IMG/VR virus record: IMGVR_UViG_3300026097_000876 | Span: 62,001 to 126,000 of that record | DNA: 64,000 bases | Direction: 5' to 3' (one strand) | Notes under the pieces: model-generated | The model's database searches: none | Seen by the model: the letters and a program-made list of their open reading frames with translations, nothing else | Told to the model about the DNA's origin: nothing | In this document: positions 7,048 through 13,336 of the stretch, one piece after another | How the letters are laid out: the number at the start of each line of letters is the position of its first letter | Position numbering within the stretch: position 1 is the stretch's first letter | Position numbers and translations under genes: made by a program

Positions 7048-7156
7048 GCCCTCAACGACATCACTGGGTAGAAGTAGAGCATCCCTCATATGCCCTCACG
7101 CTCTACTTCGAAACTAGCCTCACTTGGACCGCCCTCATCCAAGTGGGGTTTTTTTT
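7048..7156 (+). ncRNA. Candidate 3'UTR-derived sRNA with CCCUCA loops complementary to the early-gene RBS
   Basis: 10-bp stem GAAGTAGAGC/GCTCTACTTC with loop ATCCCTCATATGCCCTCAC; terminator loop CCGCCCTCA; extra GCCCTCA at 7048. Confidence 0.55.
7118..7156 (+). terminator. Rho-independent terminator
   Basis: 11-bp stem CCTCACTTGGA/TCCAAGTGGGG followed by T8. Confidence 0.9.
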
Positions 7157-7158
7157 GG

Positions 7159-7187
7159 TTGACATCTCACCCCAACGACCTTATACT
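7159..7187 (+). promoter_or_regulatory. Early sigma70-type promoter
   Basis: TTGACA-17-TATACT; GAGGGC at 7206. Confidence 0.85.
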
Positions 7188-7217
7188 ATAAACAGTTAAA
7201 GCAAAGAGGGCAATCTT

Positions 7218-7502
7218 ATGTCGCAACGTCAAGCATTCGCAAATAACCACAACACACAACTCGCTCGCATAGTCAGCAAGCTCATCCGCAAGCACATTCC
7301 CACAAACCCACAGCTCACCACAGCATTCAATCAATTCAATCACAGCATGTATCTGCATCGTGTGTTGTACAAATATCATGTCAGCGCACTCAAGCACACA
7401 ATCCACAAGCCGCGCATGCAAGCCTATTTCGTTCGCATCCTGCGCAACAATCCACAAATCCTAGTCAACACCGCCCATACACCCACAGCATATCAAAAGT
7501 AA
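7218..7502 (+). CDS. Basic hypothetical protein, 94 aa, lacking D, E, G and W
   Basis: Promoter and GAGGGC RBS directly upstream. Confidence 0.7.
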   Translation: MSQRQAFANNHNTQLARIVSKLIRKHIPTNPQLTTAFNQFNHSMYLHRVLYKYHVSALKHTIHKPRMQAYFVRILRNNPQILVNTAHTPTAYQK

Positions 7503-7510
7503 AAAAGAGG

Positions 7511-7539
7511 TTGACAGCGTACGGCTTAGGTCGTATACT
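7511..7539 (+). promoter_or_regulatory. Early sigma70-type promoter
   Basis: TTGACA-17-TATACT; TGAGGGCA RBS. Confidence 0.85.
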
Positions 7540-7574
7540 TAATATAACAGTTAGCACGCCATGAGGGCAACAAG

Positions 7575-7736
7575 ATGAAGACTTCAGAAGAAATACAGGC
7601 TCAGATCCTCGAGTTGGAAGAGGAGATTGAAAACTACGAGTTTGGATCTTACCCGTATGATGTAGTGAATGCCGAGCTTCAATACCTGTATGCCTTCAAC
7701 TCAAATTCGGTTGACAGCAAACGGGGCACACCATGA
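7575..7736 (+). CDS. Small acidic protein, 53 aa (MKTSEEIQAQ...)
   Basis: Read by hand; RBS upstream. Confidence 0.65.
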   Translation: MKTSEEIQAQILELEEEIENYEFGSYPYDVVNAELQYLYAFNSNSVDSKRGTP

Positions 7737-7894
7737 ACGACTTTCAAGCACTACTAGAAGCACTAATTCCTTTCGTACAGTATGGATTCATCGCGGGCGT
7801 GACCATTGCTGTGATTGTGGCCGCGGCAAAGATCGGATTTAAGATTGCACCATACGTATTATTATTTGCTGCGATTGTTTACTTTTTCGGTTGA
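7733..7894 (+). CDS. Small membrane protein, 53 aa, two TM helices
   Basis: Read by hand; ATGA overlap; stop TGA lies inside the next -35 box. Confidence 0.7.
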   Translation: MNDFQALLEALIPFVQYGFIAGVTIAVIVAAAKIGFKIAPYVLLFAAIVYFFG

Positions 7895-7919
7895 CAACAC
7901 AGCACATTGATCATATACT
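7891..7919 (+). promoter_or_regulatory. Early sigma70-type promoter
   Basis: TTGACA-17-TATACT; GAGGGA RBS. Confidence 0.85.
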
Positions 7920-7952
7920 GCATATAACAGTTAGGGCAAAGAGGGAATACAC

Positions 7953-8126
7953 ATGCATATCAACGACATCTACGCATTGCGTTCAGAGTTATCAAAGCTG
8001 TTAGCAAACGAAACTCCTGATCGACCAACCGTCCGTGCATTGATGAGTGCGGCCTGCGACGAGATCACAGAGTTCGAAGCACACCTAGAACTGATGGCAG
8101 AACGTGAGGAGGCAGCACAATGTTGA
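7953..8126 (+). CDS. Small hypothetical protein, 57 aa (MHINDIYALR...)
   Basis: Read by hand; RBS upstream. Confidence 0.65.
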   Translation: MHINDIYALRSELSKLLANETPDRPTVRALMSAACDEITEFEAHLELMAEREEAAQC

Positions 8127-8332
8127 AACTGTTACAACGACTGGTAGCACTACAAGAGAACCGTGACTATCGTACTAATGAGATCATATGGAACTATGTG
8201 GATGCTGATGCGTATCACTATGCGAGAGAACTGTACAACACAGACGATGAGTTCTATGATGCATTCAACGCAGCCGCTGACGAAATAGATCGTGAAATAG
8301 CACAGAAAATGGTTGACAACACAGCACACTGA
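8120..8332 (+). CDS. Hypothetical protein, 70 aa
   Basis: ORF track; GAGGAGG RBS. Confidence 0.75.
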   Translation: MLKLLQRLVALQENRDYRTNEIIWNYVDADAYHYARELYNTDDEFYDAFNAAADEIDREIAQKMVDNTAH

Positions 8333-8341
8333 CCATATACT
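8313..8341 (+). promoter_or_regulatory. Early sigma70-type promoter
   Basis: TTGACA-17-TATACT; near-identical to the promoter at 7891. Confidence 0.85.
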
Positions 8342-8376
8342 GTATACACAATGAAGCAATAGATAGAGGGCATACT

Positions 8377-8724
8377 ATGCAATTGGAACAACACAACATT
8401 GAACTAGCACACACTAACGCACTAGCAGCAGCTGAGGCAGCAAGCCAAGCGTTCGTGGACAAACACTTTGGTGGTAGAGACGCAGGCGCTTGTGGCTTTG
8501 CGCACGTAGCAGTGTTTGGTGTACGTGCTAACAGCAAGCTGGGCAAAGCACTAGAAGCAGTAACAGGAGCGCGGAAGTGTTATGATGGAGCATTCCAAAT
8601 CCGCAACACATGGTACCGTGGACAGAGTGTAGACGCAGCTGACGCAGGTGCGCAAGCATACAAGGACACATTCAAAGCACTAACAGGACTTGACAAAGTC
8701 TACGCAGCAAGTAGACTAGACTAA
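8377..8724 (+). CDS. Conserved phage hypothetical protein, 115 aa
   Basis: GAGGGC RBS; DAGACGFAHV...QSVDA..AGAQAY...SRLD pattern. Confidence 0.8.
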   Translation: MQLEQHNIELAHTNALAAAEAASQAFVDKHFGGRDAGACGFAHVAVFGVRANSKLGKALEAVTGARKCYDGAFQIRNTWYRGQSVDAADAGAQAYKDTFKALTGLDKVYAASRLD

Positions 8725-8765
8725 CAACAAGAGTGTAGGCAGCAGGCTCGGATCTGCATGCAAGA

Positions 8766-8794
8766 AAGGGACGGTGGCAACACTGTCCTTTTTT
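8766..8794 (+). terminator. Rho-independent terminator ending the + strand early region
   Basis: AAGGGACGGTG-GCAA-CACTGTCCTT followed by a T run. Confidence 0.9.
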
Positions 8795-8818
8795 CTTATG
8801 CGCACAAAACACACAGCC

Positions 8819-8848
8819 AAAAAAAAGCACAGCGTATGTGCTGTGCTT
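8819..8848 (-). terminator. Rho-independent terminator, minus strand
   Basis: GCACAGC/GCTGTGC stem with A8 on the + strand. Confidence 0.8.
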
Positions 8849-8864
8849 GTGTGTTAACTAAACA

Positions 8865-9047
8865 CTACACATCAAAGTGCAGTGTTACTGATTCAGGAAT
8901 ATAGTCTGCGTCAGTTACTTCGCCCATTTGCTCAAACAGTTCCGCACTGTGCAGTTCAAGTTCTTTTGCTGAGTAGTGCGAAAACGCTGTTACTTGCAAG
9001 TGTTGCGGTAGTGCTTGCAGCTGTGCTACTAGTTCGCTTACTAACAT
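8865..9047 (-). CDS. Early hypothetical protein, 60 aa (MLVSELVAQLQALPQH...)
   Basis: ATG 9047 after GGAG RBS and its own promoter. Confidence 0.75.
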   Translation of the reverse strand: MLVSELVAQLQALPQHLQVTAFSHYSAKELELHSAELFEQMGEVTDADYIPESVTLHFDV

Positions 9048-9079
9048 TATGTATTGCTCCGTTTTGTTACTGTTTATAT

Positions 9080-9107
9080 ATAATAACACAACACAACAAA
9101 AAGTCAA
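9080..9107 (-). promoter_or_regulatory. Early sigma70-type promoter, minus strand
   Basis: TTGACT-16-TATTAT with TG extension; AAACAGT leader like the + strand cassettes. Confidence 0.7.
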
Positions 9108-9250
9108 CACATTTGGCTGTGAAAAAAATTTCAATCACATCAAGGGGTTACCAAAACAATTTAAAAAATTTCTGAGGGGCGGGGCGTAGTAAGCTATTGT
9201 TTTTAAAGCTGTTTTTTAGTAGTAGTGGTACAAAATCACCAACCAACTTC

Positions 9251-9366
9251 TGTAAGTACTTCTCTATAATTTTTCGCACGGGATCTCGCACACTGTGTAG
9301 AACCCATTTCGGAAATGTGTAAGTACTTCCCTAAATTTTTTTGCGCACTATTTTTTTACTGTGTAG
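9251..9366. repeat. Imperfect ~50-bp direct repeat pair with an intervening palindrome
   Basis: TGTAAGTACTTC.CTA.A.TTTTT..CGCAC...ACTGTGTAG at 9251-9300 and 9318-9366; CATTTC-G-GAAATG at 9305-9317. Confidence 0.75.
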
Positions 9367-9474
9367 GGAGTCTTTTCGGAGGAAGGCGACTCTTGAACCC
9401 TTTTCTCTACTGTAAGCTAGCGAAGCGAACACACACGTGAGTGCAGGGGTCGCTTGCTGAAAGCAAAGACTCCC
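9366..9474. ncRNA. Candidate structured RNA or DNA element
   Basis: GGGAGTCTTT/AAAGACTCCC closing stem; nested GCGACTC/GGGTCGC stem; TTGCT-GAA-AGCAA hairpin. Confidence 0.45.
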
Positions 9475-9555
9475 AACGAACGTGTATGTACACAGTACAT
9501 TTATATGTGTCTAAACAAGAACCTCTTAGCTGTGTGCTAGGATAGCAAGTGTGGA

Positions 9556-9684
9556 TTACTCGCTGATGCTCCAATCGAACGGTGCGTCATACATGTGTAC
9601 ACCTTGACAGTCTTTGCGATGCTGTGTGTATTCGTCATAGTCATCAAACATGCTTCCACATGTACTACAGTGTACCCAACCCAT
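9556..9684 (-). CDS. Small Zn-finger-like protein, 42 aa (MGWVHCSTCGSMFDDYDEYTQHRKDC...)
   Basis: Read by hand; CxxC-x12-HxxxC spacing. Confidence 0.55.
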   Translation of the reverse strand: MGWVHCSTCGSMFDDYDEYTQHRKDCQGVHMYDAPFDWSISE

Positions 9685-9715
9685 CTTTTGATAGAACTCT
9701 TGTTTGTCTTTTGGT

Positions 9716-9985
9716 TTATCCGTCATGTTGCTCTAGCTTAGGACTGTTACTAAAGAACTTTCTACTGTCAAGCGGATCACAGCCAGCTGCTTGTAGAGTG
9801 CGTGTGCCTTTTACTGTAAGCCATATCTCACCTGAGCGATTGGTTTCTAGATATCCCAGTGTAAAGTAAGGCTGAAGAGCTCGCATAGCATCTTTGTCTT
9901 TCTTGTCCCAGTGCCCGCTCTTGGCCTTGACAATCTTATCGTAGTCTTCTAGTGTTAGTTGAGGATTGTAATACTTTTCGTACAT
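9716..9985 (-). CDS. Hypothetical protein, 89 aa, possible winged helix
   Basis: AAGGAG RBS; GYLETNRSGEIWLTVKG resembles a wHTH wing. Confidence 0.7.
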   Translation of the reverse strand: MYEKYYNPQLTLEDYDKIVKAKSGHWDKKDKDAMRALQPYFTLGYLETNRSGEIWLTVKGTRTLQAAGCDPLDSRKFFSNSPKLEQHDG

Positions 9986-10219
9986 GCTGTCTCCTTTTGA
10001 ATATTTAGCGTTTGGTGCTGCGTTAGCTTGTAAAATTCTGCGCTAACGCTTCGCGCTTTTTAGCGTAAACCGCTCTGCGGCTGCGGGCCATAAATGGCTC
10101 TTAATTGCATGGGTTTTCGGTTTTGCTACCCAATATACCATTTAGTGGTTAAACGGCAATTTAAGGCTCATTTATGCTGGTAAAACCTTTATTTACGGTG
10201 TCTGTCGCACGGGTGATTT

Positions 10220-11023
10220 TTAGTCCTGGGTGTTGTTTTTTGGCCAATGCTGTGGGGGAATGGTATTGCCCGGCTGCATGGCCATTTGTACCAGTTGTTC
10301 ACACAGTCCCGGATGGGTCAGCTTGTGCTCCAGTTTGAGGAATCCAGTTTGAAAACGCTCGTGCTCTAGATCCAGTAGTCCAGCGCCTGGCTTGGTGAAT
10401 CTTTCCAACAGTAGGTCTGCAAACACCCGGTGATTGTGGGCGGTCATGTGATTGGCTCTGGTGTCAATGCTTTGACCGTACCACTGTTCAATGTCCCTAC
10501 AATCTGCAAACTCTCTGTCGCATATGCTCCAAGTCATGTTGCCCTTGCAGGGGTATAGGTCGGTCCAGTCTATGTTCATGGTAAACGCTGGAATAACCTG
10601 TAGGTTGATCTGTCGTTCAATACCTTTCACACGCAGGAAGTCAGTGATCATCTGTAGGCGAAGATCTGACAAGTCGTCTCTGTGCAGATGTTCATAGTAA
10701 CCGATCACAGCATCATATTTTTCTCTAGAGGCTTCTTTGACGTCTGCTGCATCCGCCGTGTTCAAAATGCTTACTAGGTTGCTGAGATGCGGTTCATCCT
10801 CAAAGAACCATTGCCTTGCGGGTTCAGTAAGAAATACTATCACACAGTCACCAGGCTCATGCGCATCGTCTCTAAATGTTTTGAGAATCCACTCGTTGCT
10901 GGTTCCTGCACAGGCCTGTATGTAACAGTGCGATGTTTTCAACCTGGGTGCCAACAGTCTCTGCCATCCCCAATCCACTTTCCAGTCTGTGGCAAAACTG
11001 TCTCCGTAGATCCACAGCTTCAT
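10220..11023 (-). CDS. SGNH/GDSL-like hydrolase
   Basis: N-terminal IYGDSF; GTSN block; C-terminal NH. Confidence 0.6.
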   Translation of the reverse strand: MKLWIYGDSFATDWKVDWGWQRLLAPRLKTSHCYIQACAGTSNEWILKTFRDDAHEPGDCVIVFLTEPARQWFFEDEPHLSNLVSILNTADAADVKEASREKYDAVIGYYEHLHRDDLSDLRLQMITDFLRVKGIERQINLQVIPAFTMNIDWTDLYPCKGNMTWSICDREFADCRDIEQWYGQSIDTRANHMTAHNHRVFADLLLERFTKPGAGLLDLEHERFQTGFLKLEHKLTHPGLCEQLVQMAMQPGNTIPPQHWPKNNTQD

Positions 11024-11799
11024 AGATCAATCTCCACCGTGACACTGTGCATGCCCTGGGTGTTGCACTTGGCTATCCACTCACCGTCAGGCCCTATTAT
11101 GCCCGAGGGTGCTTGCATAAAGTTTACGGTGCCTCCCAGCATGTCTGTGCTGGCGCTGGCCACTACTACGTGCATGCCACACAGCTTGGCCTGTAGCTGT
11201 AGATGATTTTCGTGCCATGTGTATACGTGTGGGTCGTAGGCTTCAGCGTTACAATTGGCGCTCACAAACACACAGCATGCACCCTGGTCTTTGATAGTGT
11301 TCCATAGGTAAGGGTCACCCTTGGGTGCCGCTGAGGGGAATGCCCAGGCGTCATTGCAAATAAGGCTGCCCAACCTAGGGCCAGTGTTGCTGAGTTCAAC
11401 TATGCTGCTTTCTAGGCCTGGTAGGTAAAAATAGTATTCACCCAGGCCATTGTGTGTGCGGGTCAATAGTTGTTTGTTGTATGCTGATATGAGCTGCCCT
11501 TCACGATAGTAGCGTATCTGATTGTAGGGGAAGCCATCCTGTTCGTAGTGGCCTGTGCCCAGTGCTATGCTGCGTTTGTTTTTGATCAGATAAGTTTCCA
11601 GGGTGTCCAAGGCTTTGAAGTATTCGTTCTTTTGCTCTTGGGTACCCTCATGACACACGTTGGCACAATAGCCGCTGAGGCTACCCTCGGGGGTAAGGAT
11701 CCAATCTGAATCAGGGTGGGTTTCTAGTACGTCTAACAAACACTCAAGATTTTCTTGAACGCTGTCAAACACAGGCTGTTGACTAGCGGTGATCTTCAT
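11020..11799 (-). CDS. Carbon-nitrogen hydrolase (nitrilase superfamily), copy A
   Basis: E-K-C triad: LTPEGSLSGY, YNKQ, LICNDAW. Confidence 0.8.
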   Translation of the reverse strand: MKITASQQPVFDSVQENLECLLDVLETHPDSDWILTPEGSLSGYCANVCHEGTQEQKNEYFKALDTLETYLIKNKRSIALGTGHYEQDGFPYNQIRYYREGQLISAYNKQLLTRTHNGLGEYYFYLPGLESSIVELSNTGPRLGSLICNDAWAFPSAAPKGDPYLWNTIKDQGACCVFVSANCNAEAYDPHVYTWHENHLQLQAKLCGMHVVVASASTDMLGGTVNFMQAPSGIIGPDGEWIAKCNTQGMHSVTVEIDL

Positions 11800-12643
11800 C
11801 TGGGTCCTTCCTTACAAAAATATGGCTGCTGGCTTTTTCTACAGCCAGTCTTGGTTTGATGTCTAGCTCTACTGTGACACTGTCCATGCCTAGGTCTTTG
11901 CACTTGGCTATCCACTCACCGTCTGGTCCGATCACTCCTGAAGAGCACTGTAGGAAATCTGTTTCTTTGTGATTAATACTAGTAGCACTTCCAGCATGCA
12001 CTACATACATACCAAACTCTCTAGCAAATATCTGTAGATGTGATTCGTTCCATACTTTTGCTAGGTGGTCTGGTTCTTCGCCGTTACAGTTGCTGCTTAC
12101 AAACAAAATGTCTACACCGTTCTTTGCTAGCTCTACTTGGTAGTAGGGATTACCGGCAGGTGCTACTCTTGGCATACACCAAAAGTCATTGCATATCATA
12201 GATGATGCTAGAACAGTTTGTTCTTGATCTAAATAAAAATAGTTAGGCACATGTCCTGCAAGATAGTGATGATGTTCCCCACCGCCTTCCCAGCCACGGG
12301 TAATAATACGTTTCTTGTACATGCTGACTAGGTTGCCCTGATCGTATATCAACATGCTGTTGTAGGGATAACCATCGTTGTCTTTTATGCCCGAGCCTAG
12401 TGCTAGGTTTATGCTTAGTTCCTTTGCACGATCCTTGATTTTTTGTATAATCTTCTCTACTTGTGTTGTTCTTACATCGAACACATTATTCAGCGTAGGC
12501 GGCATACAGTATCCGCTTACAGCACACTCTGGAGTTAACAGCCAATCGGTATCTGCATTTGCTTCCAGCACATCTAGTGTGCATTCGTAGTTCATTAGTA
12601 GGTCTCTAAAAATAGGCTGTTGGCTTACAGTAACTTTGATCAT
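11783..12643 (-). CDS. Carbon-nitrogen hydrolase (nitrilase superfamily), copy B
   Basis: E-K-C triad: LTPECAVSGY, YKKR, MICNDFW. Confidence 0.8.
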   Translation of the reverse strand: MIKVTVSQQPIFRDLLMNYECTLDVLEANADTDWLLTPECAVSGYCMPPTLNNVFDVRTTQVEKIIQKIKDRAKELSINLALGSGIKDNDGYPYNSMLIYDQGNLVSMYKKRIITRGWEGGGEHHHYLAGHVPNYFYLDQEQTVLASSMICNDFWCMPRVAPAGNPYYQVELAKNGVDILFVSSNCNGEEPDHLAKVWNESHLQIFAREFGMYVVHAGSATSINHKETDFLQCSSGVIGPDGEWIAKCKDLGMDSVTVELDIKPRLAVEKASSHIFVRKDPDEDHR

Positions 12644-13332
12644 TTATATTTTTTCTTCCTGTGAAATATTTTAGCATATGCATCGCTAAGAAAAAACTTA
12701 AGACTAGTGTCACGCTTTAGACCGTTTTCATCTACTTCAAGTGACATCTTCCAATCGTCCCGCTTGAATGGAACTATCTGTGCTAAAGGCTCTCCTGGCT
12801 GTAATACAAATCTATCTTGTAGCATAGCACCGGGCCAGTTGTTCCAAGGTACGTCGATTGTGTCAGTATCGATTACAGCTGGAAATAATTGATAGCGTTC
12901 CTCGAAGTGATAGAACGGACTCATAATAAGACAGCTATACCCCGGCGGTGTTTCAATACGCCACGGTACACTAAACGTGATATAATCCCTACGTCTTCCC
13001 TGAAGCTCTACTGGACACTGAGCATGCTCGTGACCCTCTTGCGGACATTGCATAGCCCAACCCTGGGGATACTCACGACTAAAACCTTCTACCCCTGTGT
13101 CTAGTCTAGGTGCATTAGAAATTTCTTGTTCTACAGGATTCATTACCATGTAGCCCATATTGATATAGTCGCCAACAGGCATGCATTTTTTAATTGTAGG
13201 GTAGCTCTGATGAGGCTGACCTAGCCATGGAGTTGTTTTCTTGTACCAATCTGGTTTAGCTTGACTTGCAGGGACTACAGGGTAGTGCTCAGCAACTTTA
13301 GGTTCTCCACATATAAACTTAATATCTAGCAC
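12640..13332 (-). CDS. Conserved phage protein, possibly dUTPase-like beta fold
   Basis: PWRIETPPGYSCL...PAVIDTD...PGEPLAQIVPFKR; probable GTG start 13332. Confidence 0.5.
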   Translation of the reverse strand: MLDIKFICGEPKVAEHYPVVPASQAKPDWYKKTTPWLGQPHQSYPTIKKCMPVGDYINMGYMVMNPVEQEISNAPRLDTGVEGFSREYPQGWAMQCPQEGHEHAQCPVELQGRRRDYITFSVPWRIETPPGYSCLIMSPFYHFEERYQLFPAVIDTDTIDVPWNNWPGAMLQDRFVLQPGEPLAQIVPFKRDDWKMSLEVDENGLKRDTSLKFFLSDAYAKIFHRKKKYK

Positions 13333-13336
13333 AGGT

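Noticed and set aside
7167-7457. Minus-strand 96-aa ORF with composition like the first early ORFs
   Set aside because: No promoter or RBS found on that strand (TTGACT at about 7467 lacks a -10). The + strand ORF has the full cassette signals. Kept only as an alternative to test.
382-8341. Recurring GGTTGACA...TATACT repeats as a CRISPR array
   Set aside because: Spacing is 200-1200 bp and irregular, the intervals contain ORFs, and the repeat is a sigma70 promoter. No cas genes are present.
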